The notes under the pieces are model-generated. The model was not told the origin of the DNA and did not search any database. It saw only the letters and a program-made list of their open reading frames with translations. Below, in pieces: positions 39,128 to 48,176 of a stretch of 64,000 nt of DNA. The stretch's first letter is position 1; each line of letters opens with the position of its first letter. A program made the position numbers and the translations under genes. This DNA is from a virus: IMG/VR virus record IMGVR_UViG_3300045131_002121, positions 8,855 to 72,854 of that record. One strand, given 5' to 3'.

Positions 39128-42100
39128 TGGATCCCACCACCGTCGGCACCCTTTTGTTGAATGACAGTCTTCCCCCTGAGCTCCAACTCCGGGGTAAAGC
39201 CATCGACAAAAAAGCGCTGATGCCAATTCTCAGACATGTCGCCGAGAAGTACCCCGAGCGTTACAAAGAGGTCCTGAAAACGATGAACGATGTCGGCAGG
39301 GATGCCGCGTTCACCGAGGGCGTCAGCGTCAGTCTCAGCGGGCTCAAGAAAACAGATAAAGAGAAAAAGCTGATCCAGAGGGCTCGCTCCAGGGTCATGG
39401 CCATTGAGACCTCAGACCTCGATCCCGATGCGAAGAAGCAAGCCATCACGGATGTCATGTTTCCTATGGTCGAGAAGATGCAGAAAGCGCTCGAGGAGTC
39501 CGGTGAAGCCGAGAACAACCCGTACTGGTTCCAGGTCAAATCTGGGGCACGCGGCAAGATGTCGGATTACAACGCGATTCGCGGGGCCTCTGGGTTGGTC
39601 AACGATCACCGCAGTGAAATCGTCCCGATTCCCATCCTCCACAGTCTCAGTGAGGGTCTCGACCCCGTGGAGTACTGGGCGGGGACCTATGGGCAACGCC
39701 GCGGCATGATCGCGGTGAAGATGTGTCTATCGCTGGAAACACTGGTTCTCATGGGGGACCTTACAACCAAGCAGTTACGGGACATAAAGCCGGGCGATAT
39801 GGTCATGGGTTCAGATATGCACGGCAACCTCGCACCAACTAGAGTGGTTTCTGTGTACGACAATGGTCCTCGCATGCTGATGCGCTACACGTTTAGGCGT
39901 AGTCTTTCTAAAGAAACCATGAAGTTGGATGCAACAGTCGACCATAAGATGTTATCGAGGATAGCATCCGCACACCTGAGTCGAACTGATAAAAATCTTA
40001 AAAAGAGACCGTTATCGGATGCACGTGTATTTAATGACCCGAGCAAGAATGAATACGTCTGCGCAGCTCCACGTGGGGGAGCGCTTGGGGTAGTCAGTGA
40101 GCCACGCGCTCTGTTTTACGGGGTAATGGCTGGGGATGGCTGCTGCAGCCCATCTGCCAAGTCTGCGATGGTGTCTCAGATTGACCCCACATTCATTGCT
40201 GAGCTTGGAGAATATCTTTCACCATGGGGTCTCCGAATCCATGGTGACACATCAAAATCACCATCTCATATAATTGTGGAAACTGAGTGGAAGTCGAGGA
40301 AAAGGGCCTATGACCGTGCAGGACACAAGTTCAAGGCAGGAGGCTTAGCACTTCCTCGCAGGTGGCTCGAAGAAACAGGTATGTGGGGTAAATACGCCTA
40401 CAGTAAAACGATGCCAGTTAATGCGTACCGGTGGGACAATGCCTCTATGGCGGCGTTTATTGGCGGCTACTTCTCTTGTGATGGTTGTGTGTCTCAGGAG
40501 GGGACCAACGTCTGCATCAGGTTGACCTCCACGTCGGAGAATCTTGTAGCGGAAGTCAGACACCATCTGCTATTCAGGTGGGGGATACACACCACGGCGA
40601 GGCCAGTGAAAATGCGGGCGTGTATGCGGCGGCCACAAACATGTATTGCAGTGAGTTTACGTGAATCCGTAGATTTGTTTGCAAAGAACATCCCGCTAAT
40701 AGGTAAAAAACGGGAAGAATTGCAGTCTGCTCTACAGAGCACGCCTGCACGGCGTATATTCCCTGCTGGGTTCAAAATGATTGGATTCGAGCCACTGGGT
40801 ATGCTCCCCACCGCAGATCTCGAAGTCGAGCACCCGGACCATCTCTACGTTCTAGCCAATGGGTTGATCAGCTCGAACTCAACTGCTGATGCCGGATTCC
40901 TCAGCAAGAAGCTGGCGAATGCGGCACATCGCATCGTCGTCAACAAAGATTCTCCACCGATGACCAGGTTACCCGTGGGGTTGCCTACCAAGGTCAGCGA
41001 TGCCGACAACGTCGGTGCTGTACTCGCCAAGGATGCCGGGGCTCACAAAGCCGGCGAACGCATCACCGCGGATATCCTTGAATCGTTATCCGAAGACGGG
41101 GTCGAGGATATCTTGGTGCACAGCCCGATGACGGAGCCCTCTGAGGACGGTGGCGTCTCCCGTGTCGCCGCGGGTCGTCGGGATCGCACTGATCTCAGCA
41201 ATGTCGGCGATGCCATTGGGATCGCGTCTGCGCAAAGTGTTGGGGAGCCCCTCTCCCAGGCCACCCTCAATGAGAAGCACCGCCAGGGTACCATTGGTAA
41301 GAGAAACCTTCGCATGGGGTTTGAGTACCTCAACCGTGTTATAGAGGCCCCGGAGACGTTCCCGGAATCAGGTCCCCTCGCCGAGGTCGATGGCGTCGTC
41401 AAGGCGATCCGGGAGGCCCCCCAGGGTGGCCAGTTCGTTACCGTGGATGACCGCGACTACTACCTCCACCCCGACATCAATCCAGTGGTGAAACCAGGGG
41501 ATACCCTGGAAGCCGGGGATGACATCTCTGATGGCGCCCCGCATCCCGAACAGCTCGTCAGGCTTCGTGGCATCGGTGAGGCCCGCCGCAGGTATGCCGA
41601 GATGCTGCAGGAGGCCCTGACCAACCACGGCATCAAGACTCACCGCAGGAACATTGAAACCGTGGTCGCCGGCCTCCTCAACTGGGTCAAGGTCACCAAC
41701 CCCAATGGTGTCGGGGAGCACGTCGTCGATGATGTCGCCTCCTACAACTCGGTAGCCGGGGCCTACAAGGCCAGAGCGGGTACCAAGCGGGTAGCCCCGA
41801 ACTCAGCGGTTGGGAAGTATCTCGAGGAGCCCGTGCTCCACTACACCCCGGGGACCCGGGTGACCAAGAAGGTATCCGCGGACCTCCAGAAGTGGGGGGT
41901 CAAGGATATCGATGCCCACGATGATGACCCCGACTTCCAGCCCGTGATGCAACGTGGGGTCATGGGGGTCTACAATGACAATGATTGGCAGACCAGGCTC
42001 TCCGGTTTCTATACCTCGTCAGGGTTCCTTGACAGTGTTCACCGCTCCAGGGTCTCGGATCCCAACTCGACATCCTATGTCCCCGCCCTTGCCAAGGCCA

Positions 42101-42183
42101 CCGGGTTCGGGGATACCCTGAAGACCACAGGGGCCTATGGCACGCCGACACCACCGTCTTCCCCTGCGCGGTCCCCGCGCTAA
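39127..42183 (+). CDS. rpoC: Phage RNA polymerase beta' C-terminal subunit with intein
   Basis: TTVG, SGARG, GLDPVEYW, bridge helix RRGMIAVKM/STADAGFLSKKL, trigger loop AQSVGEPLSQATL..KH, and RRNIETVV. Confidence 0.92.
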   Translation: MDPTTVGTLLLNDSLPPELQLRGKAIDKKALMPILRHVAEKYPERYKEVLKTMNDVGRDAAFTEGVSVSLSGLKKTDKEKKLIQRARSRVMAIETSDLDPDAKKQAITDVMFPMVEKMQKALEESGEAENNPYWFQVKSGARGKMSDYNAIRGASGLVNDHRSEIVPIPILHSLSEGLDPVEYWAGTYGQRRGMIAVKMCLSLETLVLMGDLTTKQLRDIKPGDMVMGSDMHGNLAPTRVVSVYDNGPRMLMRYTFRRSLSKETMKLDATVDHKMLSRIASAHLSRTDKNLKKRPLSDARVFNDPSKNEYVCAAPRGGALGVVSEPRALFYGVMAGDGCCSPSAKSAMVSQIDPTFIAELGEYLSPWGLRIHGDTSKSPSHIIVETEWKSRKRAYDRAGHKFKAGGLALPRRWLEETGMWGKYAYSKTMPVNAYRWDNASMAAFIGGYFSCDGCVSQEGTNVCIRLTSTSENLVAEVRHHLLFRWGIHTTARPVKMRACMRRPQTCIAVSLRESVDLFAKNIPLIGKKREELQSALQSTPARRIFPAGFKMIGFEPLGMLPTADLEVEHPDHLYVLANGLISSNSTADAGFLSKKLANAAHRIVVNKDSPPMTRLPVGLPTKVSDADNVGAVLAKDAGAHKAGERITADILESLSEDGVEDILVHSPMTEPSEDGGVSRVAAGRRDRTDLSNVGDAIGIASAQSVGEPLSQATLNEKHRQGTIGKRNLRMGFEYLNRVIEAPETFPESGPLAEVDGVVKAIREAPQGGQFVTVDDRDYYLHPDINPVVKPGDTLEAGDDISDGAPHPEQLVRLRGIGEARRRYAEMLQEALTNHGIKTHRRNIETVVAGLLNWVKVTNPNGVGEHVVDDVASYNSVAGAYKARAGTKRVAPNSAVGKYLEEPVLHYTPGTRVTKKVSADLQKWGVKDIDAHDDDPDFQPVMQRGVMGVYNDNDWQTRLSGFYTSSGFLDSVHRSRVSDPNSTSYVPALAKATGFGDTLKTTGAYGTPTPPSSPARSPR
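39724..40878 (+). mobile_element. Intein with LAGLIDADG homing endonuclease (385 aa) in the beta' bridge helix
   Basis: Starts CLSLETLV; ATVDHK block B; GVMAGDGC and GGYFSCDGC; ends DLEVEHPDHLYVLANGLISSN followed by +1 Ser; visibly more AT-rich than the exteins. Confidence 0.93.
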
Positions 42184-42212
42184 TCTTTGATGCACCGCTA
42201 GGAGCACTCACG

Positions 42213-44468
42213 ATGCCACAAGACACCTCTGAGTCCGCGCTGGAGCAGACGTTCTCTGATCTCGCCAACGCCAGACTTCGTGATAAGTCACCTGTTCTCC
42301 TCGACTATCTCGTCGGGTTTCAACTCATTGATGCCGATGAGGATGGCGGTCGTGCAGTCGGCATGTTCGCTTTTGAGATCGGTGGTGACTGGCATTACAG
42401 CCCCGTGTTCTTCCTCAACGGGGAGATCAAGGGACTCGACTCCATTTATTCCGTGAACTCAGATCTCTTCGTTCCCTTGAGTGAAGACTGGGTTAATTCC
42501 ATCATCAATCGTCGCCCCACTGTTCTCGGTGAAGCCGATAAACGCAACCGGGTCCAACGTGGTGTGCGCACCCCAGATTACAATCGTCTCCGCACATTAC
42601 CCGCTGGTATTTATGATGGCGATGGTGGCGGCAGCAGTTTGTCCAAGCGGGCCTCGGCGCGTAAAGCCGCCGGTGACTGCCCCGTGGTCCCCATCCATAA
42701 GATCACGCATATCCGCAAGATCGCGGGTGCCGTGGATCTCCCCAGTGGTATCGAAGCCCTGGGTCACGATGTCGCCTCGATGTTCATGGATACCATTGTG
42801 AACCCGAAGACCGCAGGGCACGTTAAACTTGCCAATGCGGTTCGTAAGTTCTACCCCGATCTCGCCTTCGTGGTCCCCGGTGTTGTTAAACTCGCCGCGG
42901 AACAAAAGGGTGAGCCCATCACTGTGATCTCGACCATTGACCAAGAAGGCGTCGATGAACTCACCGATGCCCAACGCAAGCAGATCCTCGAAGGTGATGT
43001 CGCCGTTGTCGACAAGCGTCCTGAGATGTCGAAGTCCATTGTGTACTCGACTCAGACCAAGCAGCAGCTGACCTCACCCACCGGTGGTGGTCTCTACGAT
43101 GTCCTCTACGCCAATGGTTCCGTGGAACCCACACTTGTGATCCCGATGTCATCGGATAACGGCAGGGTCTTCGTGATCCGGTGCTCCGATGAGAAAACTT
43201 GTATCACCGCAGTTGGTGCAATCTCAACACTGCGGCAGTACACTGAAACCGATTTTGCCAAGGAACTCGAGAAGGTCAGCGTTGCCGCCAACAAGGTGCG
43301 CCCCGGTGATCAAGTCATCTTCGTCGCCAAAGATGGTATCAAGACCTCGGCTCCCCTGGATGTCTTCACTGCGGTCAGCGATGACGGCATCACGACCTAT
43401 AAGACCCACGGGGGTTCCACCTGGGATCTCCGCTCGATCCCCGAGCGTTTTGCTCACAAGGATCGCGGAGTCTTCGCCATCAACCGCCCCTTGGGTTACA
43501 TTGGTGAGCACGACTGCGATCAGGTCATTGTCTCCGAAGCCGGAAACCGTGATCTCAAGAAAACGAACTCGACGCTGTATGTGAACTCGAAGTATTACGC
43601 CGCCGTGGTTTACGGTAAGCGTGAGGAATGCGACCCCACGAAAGACTGGGGTGACCGCGAGAAAGAACGCGTCGACAAACATCTCGAGGCCTCTGACTTC
43701 GGTGACCACAACACCATCATCGAAGTCCTCAAGAAGCAGGCCAGTGCTGTTAAAGTCTGGACCGATGAAACCGGCATCAACATCAAGGATGATTTTGGTA
43801 GCCACTACTTCGGGAAGACAGCTGCGATCAGTTATCTCATGAAGAAACATGGGTGCTCGGAATCCGACACCCGCAGCATGCTTCGTCACGCCCTCCGTGC
43901 TCCCCAGAACTGGTTGGTGAAGCAAGCGGCATCCGAGAACATGATGGCGTTCCCGGACATCAATGACACCGCCGAAGGTGGTGTCATGTCGAGTTTCCAT
44001 ACCACCAAGGTCCCGTATGAAACCCAGGCGCGGACCTCGCAGACCCCCGACAACCGCCAGCAATACCAATACTTCTCCCCCTTTGGTCACGGCGACGCCG
44101 AGAACGAAGGTGGCGGTGATCCCTTCCAAGCCATCGACCAAGCCGCGAAGACAGGCCAAAAAGAAGTCTTCGACTCCGCTGTCCTCGGTAGCCTGACCAA
44201 GACCCATGCCCCCGTCGAAATGATCGAACGCTTCCTGCCCACCATTGTTGCAGGTATGGACCGCCTTGGTCGTATCCTGTTCTTGATGCACTGGCACTAC
44301 GACGAGTTCCAGGAAAAGTTTGGCAAGGAAGACAGTGTTGAACTCGGTGACAACCTGAAGTCGTCATTCGAGGGCCTCGGTGATCTCGTCATCTTCCTCC
44401 GCAAGCGCACGCTCTCCGGGGACCCCGAGTTCTACGGTCTCGGTATCAATTCAACCATGGACGGCTAA
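42213..44468 (+). CDS. Probable head/core structural protein (751 aa) with many K-x-A sites
   Basis: AGGAG RBS; KRA, KIA, KLA x2, KQA x2 and KTA; head-module context. Confidence 0.6.
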   Translation: MPQDTSESALEQTFSDLANARLRDKSPVLLDYLVGFQLIDADEDGGRAVGMFAFEIGGDWHYSPVFFLNGEIKGLDSIYSVNSDLFVPLSEDWVNSIINRRPTVLGEADKRNRVQRGVRTPDYNRLRTLPAGIYDGDGGGSSLSKRASARKAAGDCPVVPIHKITHIRKIAGAVDLPSGIEALGHDVASMFMDTIVNPKTAGHVKLANAVRKFYPDLAFVVPGVVKLAAEQKGEPITVISTIDQEGVDELTDAQRKQILEGDVAVVDKRPEMSKSIVYSTQTKQQLTSPTGGGLYDVLYANGSVEPTLVIPMSSDNGRVFVIRCSDEKTCITAVGAISTLRQYTETDFAKELEKVSVAANKVRPGDQVIFVAKDGIKTSAPLDVFTAVSDDGITTYKTHGGSTWDLRSIPERFAHKDRGVFAINRPLGYIGEHDCDQVIVSEAGNRDLKKTNSTLYVNSKYYAAVVYGKREECDPTKDWGDREKERVDKHLEASDFGDHNTIIEVLKKQASAVKVWTDETGINIKDDFGSHYFGKTAAISYLMKKHGCSESDTRSMLRHALRAPQNWLVKQAASENMMAFPDINDTAEGGVMSSFHTTKVPYETQARTSQTPDNRQQYQYFSPFGHGDAENEGGGDPFQAIDQAAKTGQKEVFDSAVLGSLTKTHAPVEMIERFLPTIVAGMDRLGRILFLMHWHYDEFQEKFGKEDSVELGDNLKSSFEGLGDLVIFLRKRTLSGDPEFYGLGINSTMDG

Positions 44469-44502
44469 GGCCGTCTTCAATTTCCCAGAAAAGGAATCCG
44501 CT

Positions 44503-44706
44503 ATGTCGTTATCCAAGTCTGCTTCAGACGTCCTCCTCAAAAAGCTGGCAGCCGCCGAGGAAGTCGATGGCGCCAATGCCGTTGACCTCGGTTTCTACGA
44601 AGCCGCCAGTGGCATGGGCCTCAGCGATGACCAGATCCGCGGTCTCGCCAAGGTTGCCCATGCACGCCTCGACGCCTTCGCTGCTGCACAGGCTGCTCAG
44701 AAGTAA
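44503..44706 (+). CDS. Small helical protein (67 aa) with KSA/KLA/KVA
   Basis: AAGGA RBS before ATG 44503 (MSLSKSASD...), preferred over 44380. Confidence 0.65.
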   Translation: MSLSKSASDVLLKKLAAAEEVDGANAVDLGFYEAASGMGLSDDQIRGLAKVAHARLDAFAAAQAAQK

Positions 44707-44708
44707 TC

Positions 44709-45641
44709 ATGAAGCTCATCGGCGACATCTACGCTAAGAAATACGGGCGCTCCAGGGATATCCATGGAAGCGCTCTGTTCCGTGCGGACTGGCGCTGGGG
44801 CAAGGTCTGCGAGCTCACCGCGATGCGGGAGACCGCAGCCCGAGTCCGTCTCGAAGAGATCAATGATCACGGGGTGACCTCGGCCTACGAGTTCAAGACT
44901 TTCAGGGATCGTGAGATCGATGTTGGTGAAGACTACTCCTGTCTTAAAAACGCCTACACGCTTTTCACGGAATGCCCTGGGTTGAGATCATCCCTTGAAG
45001 CCTATCTGTTATGTTCGGACATCGAAGTCGAGGACATCCTGACCAAGTGGAGTCAAGGTGCCGAGGAGGGTCTCAAGCTAGGCGACATCTATGCCTACGC
45101 GGAGACCTTCTTTGATGTCCGTGGCATCCTGCATAAGCCTGAATGGATCTGCACACTGTTGTTCGGGGACATCCTTGGCCTCATCAGGGACGTCAATAAT
45201 ACCAGCCGACTCGGTGAACACCATCGCGCCGGCTGGCTCCTGGGATCCAAGATCCTGGAGACCTATGTGGACCCCATGGGGCACCTGAAGTCCACGATGC
45301 GGGGTGCCGAGCTCCGAGAAGCCCTGTCATCCCAGATCGAAGAGATCGCGTATCGTCAGACCCTGATCGCCTCGTTCTGCAAGACTCGTGGGGATGAACG
45401 CAGCTTGGAAACCATGAGATCAGTGCTCATGATGATCAAGGATCGTGCTATCCATGCCTTGGGTGGTGCGGGTACCGGGGATTCCAATGCCGATGCCGTC
45501 ATGGCGTTCCTGCAAGACATCCCGTTCTCAGTGGCGAATCCTTCATTGGAAGCCAATAAACAACTCCCGGCTCGGGAGGCTCGTGTTCACGAAATGATTC
45601 GCACTGTGGACGCCACAGTGCTCGAGGAGACCACGGTATGA
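44709..45641 (+). CDS. Hypothetical helical protein (310 aa)
   Basis: Coupled ORF; lacks the K-x-A leader seen in its neighbours. Confidence 0.65.
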   Translation: MKLIGDIYAKKYGRSRDIHGSALFRADWRWGKVCELTAMRETAARVRLEEINDHGVTSAYEFKTFRDREIDVGEDYSCLKNAYTLFTECPGLRSSLEAYLLCSDIEVEDILTKWSQGAEEGLKLGDIYAYAETFFDVRGILHKPEWICTLLFGDILGLIRDVNNTSRLGEHHRAGWLLGSKILETYVDPMGHLKSTMRGAELREALSSQIEEIAYRQTLIASFCKTRGDERSLETMRSVLMMIKDRAIHALGGAGTGDSNADAVMAFLQDIPFSVANPSLEANKQLPAREARVHEMIRTVDATVLEETTV

Positions 45642-47137
45642 GCCTTGAACTCATGGGACCCCGGCGTCACGCCATTCTTATCAAAGCCGCCGAGGCCTGT
45701 GTTGACGGCATGAATGATGGCGCCGCACCCAACGCAGCGCTGCGCAAGGCCGCCCAGGAGTTCGACCTCAACGCAAAAGAGGTCGCCTTGGTCAGTCATG
45801 CCGTCAATAACTCGCGGACCCTCAGTCATCTCGCGAACTCGGAATCCGAGGCCAAAGCGGATCCCTTCCCGTTGACCAACGCTGACGAGGTCACCCAGGA
45901 ACTCTTCCCGGAACCCGATGCTGAGAACAAGAAGCCAGCGAATGGGACGAGGCCAGGGGACTGCCCTGATGTCGAATCCCCGAACAAGTTACCGGGTGCC
46001 AAGAAAACTGCTGCGGAATCCGAAGGCAAAGCGGACCCCGAAGACGTCGATGACTCCTATGAGGAAGACGACGACTTCAAAGATGCCGTCAGTGATGCCG
46101 ACTCCGAAGCCGAGGACGCCGAACTCTTTAAGACTGCACGTGAAGCCTTTGGTATCGATCCCATGGCGCTACGCCGTGGGCGCACCAAGATTGCGTGTGA
46201 CCTCAACGGTCTCGGTGTCAGCGCTGACTTCGGCATGGAAGCCTCGAGGATCCGGGAAGCCCTGGACACCGGACTCCATGGTGTGGACTGCTCCCGTCTC
46301 GCCGACAACCCCTTTATCAAACTTCAGAACCTGAAGGCTGCCGCGGAAGCCGCGAGAACCAAGTTCTCCGAGCACCGTGATGCCGCCTTTGTCAAACTTG
46401 CTCGAATCATTGAATCCTTTGCTCGCATTGATTCCCCGGCGTTCTCCCGTGTGGAGACCCTGGCGAAACGTGCTGGTGTGGATCCCGCAACCCTGGATGT
46501 CATCTGGGTCACAGGCAGCCTCGAGAACCGGGGTCACCACAGGGCGACCCCAGCGATGAAGATCGCCAGTGATGTCATCGCTACGTGCTCACCTCGTGAG
46601 AAAGCGGTCGTCGACTCAGTCTCGACTCTGGAGACTTTGTGGAAACACGCCTCGCACTGCCTCGCCGCCAAGAATGAAGTCGATCGCAGACTCGCCGAAG
46701 CCGGTCCCTGGGTAGCCAAGATAGCTGAGGACGTCGGTGGCTACGTCAAGAATATCTCGGATACCGCGACATCACTGCCACAGGATGCCATGGGGGGTGA
46801 AAAACTCGAAGCCGTGGTTGGCGGTGCGCTTGGGAATCGTGGCAGCGGGGAATCCCCGGATTATGGAGTCTCCCCTAAGTCCCCTCTGGGTGCCGGGGGC
46901 CAACAGCGACTCAAGAACACGGGTGCCGCGGTTTCCCTGGCATCTCTGATGGATGACCCCTACATTGCACAGCGACCCATTCCAGAAACTGTTAAAGCCT
47001 TCAATGCTGTGATGTCCACGCATCCCGATGCCGACGCATCCATGATGCGCAGACTTGTCAAGGATCAGCTCGCCAGTGGTGGTGACCTCGACACCGACGT
47101 CATGATACGCCTCCAGAAAAACCGCGCAAAGGGCTGA
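45638..47137 (+). CDS. Probable head/core protein (499 aa) with acidic linker and many K-x-A sites
   Basis: KAA, KTA x2, KIA x3, KLA and KHA; GAGGAG upstream. Confidence 0.6.
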   Translation: MSLELMGPRRHAILIKAAEACVDGMNDGAAPNAALRKAAQEFDLNAKEVALVSHAVNNSRTLSHLANSESEAKADPFPLTNADEVTQELFPEPDAENKKPANGTRPGDCPDVESPNKLPGAKKTAAESEGKADPEDVDDSYEEDDDFKDAVSDADSEAEDAELFKTAREAFGIDPMALRRGRTKIACDLNGLGVSADFGMEASRIREALDTGLHGVDCSRLADNPFIKLQNLKAAAEAARTKFSEHRDAAFVKLARIIESFARIDSPAFSRVETLAKRAGVDPATLDVIWVTGSLENRGHHRATPAMKIASDVIATCSPREKAVVDSVSTLETLWKHASHCLAAKNEVDRRLAEAGPWVAKIAEDVGGYVKNISDTATSLPQDAMGGEKLEAVVGGALGNRGSGESPDYGVSPKSPLGAGGQQRLKNTGAAVSLASLMDDPYIAQRPIPETVKAFNAVMSTHPDADASMMRRLVKDQLASGGDLDTDVMIRLQKNRAKG

Positions 47138-47141
47138 ACAC

Positions 47142-48176
47142 ATGGTAACTCGTGCTGACCACGATGCCTTTGCTAAACAGGCCGCCGAAGCCGTGTACCC
47201 GGTCTCTGATGACGAAGAGGACGAGGACGACGACAAGGGTTGGGGGGCCAAGGAATGGCTTACCCTGGCCCTGGCCAGTGGTACCCTCGCCGCAGGTCTC
47301 GGCGCCGCCTACGTGTATCGCAAGGATATCGACAAGGCACTTGGTGGCCGCATATTTGGAGACAATCGTGAGAAGGTGAATGCTTGGCTTCAGGACAACC
47401 TACCCGGGGGTTACGGAGCCTTCGGTCTAGGTGCCGGTGCTGGTGTCGCGCATAGCATGGTGCCCGCACTAAAAAGGTTGCCCGGTGGGGTGGATCACAA
47501 CATCCAAACCACAGGAGGGCTCGTAAACAAACTTAATCAAGGCGGAGATGCCGCTGAACCCCACCTACGCGCCATGGGTTCACATGCTGCAATTACTGAT
47601 GATAAAGGAAAAATCAAAGATCCCCTGGATTCCGGTAGGGCACTACATACGTTTACCACAGGCGCCACGGTTGACCCCCGCCATCCCCTGGCGATCCTAA
47701 ATCACCAGGATCTATTTAATAAGCCTACTCTATTAAATGAGATCATCCAAGGCACTGCTAAGGGGGAGTTGATTGAAGACCCTAGCAAGAAGTCCTTTGT
47801 CAGGCGTGTGTTTGGAGGCAACAGCGACCCCGCTGCAGCTACCCGGCTGAAGAATGTCAACGCACTAAATGAGCACATGGCGGCGGCGCAACGTAAAATC
47901 GAAGCTAATAAGGCTAATGCAGCTACGGCTAATCCAGGGGCACCAATTCAGCTGACCCAGCAGGAAGACGCAGCTGATAAATTGCATAACAGGATTAAAG
48001 GGAATCTGGGGGCAAAATCGGTAAACGTACCCGGTATAGTCACTGGTGTGGAAGCCGCCAAGCGGATTGGAACCCCAGCCACGCTGGCGGGCACCGCGGG
48101 AAGGGCGCTTACGTACGGTACATTGGCATCACTAGGGTCGATGCTGGCAGAGAAGTGGCTCGGGGGTCCCAAGTGA
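47142..48176 (+). CDS. Membrane protein with KQA leader, acidic patch and TM segments (344 aa)
   Basis: FAKQAA, DDEEDEDDD, WLTLALASGTLAAGLGAAYVYRK; N-terminal architecture like ORF 23102. Confidence 0.65.
   Translation: MVTRADHDAFAKQAAEAVYPVSDDEEDEDDDKGWGAKEWLTLALASGTLAAGLGAAYVYRKDIDKALGGRIFGDNREKVNAWLQDNLPGGYGAFGLGAGAGVAHSMVPALKRLPGGVDHNIQTTGGLVNKLNQGGDAAEPHLRAMGSHAAITDDKGKIKDPLDSGRALHTFTTGATVDPRHPLAILNHQDLFNKPTLLNEIIQGTAKGELIEDPSKKSFVRRVFGGNSDPAAATRLKNVNALNEHMAAAQRKIEANKANAATANPGAPIQLTQQEDAADKLHNRIKGNLGAKSVNVPGIVTGVEAAKRIGTPATLAGTAGRALTYGTLASLGSMLAEKWLGGPK

Noticed and set aside
30773-42183. Cellular rpoB-rpoC housekeeping locus
   Set aside because: Highly divergent, lacks the Zn sites, split atypically, and flanked by portal/protease/capsid genes instead of ribosomal protein genes
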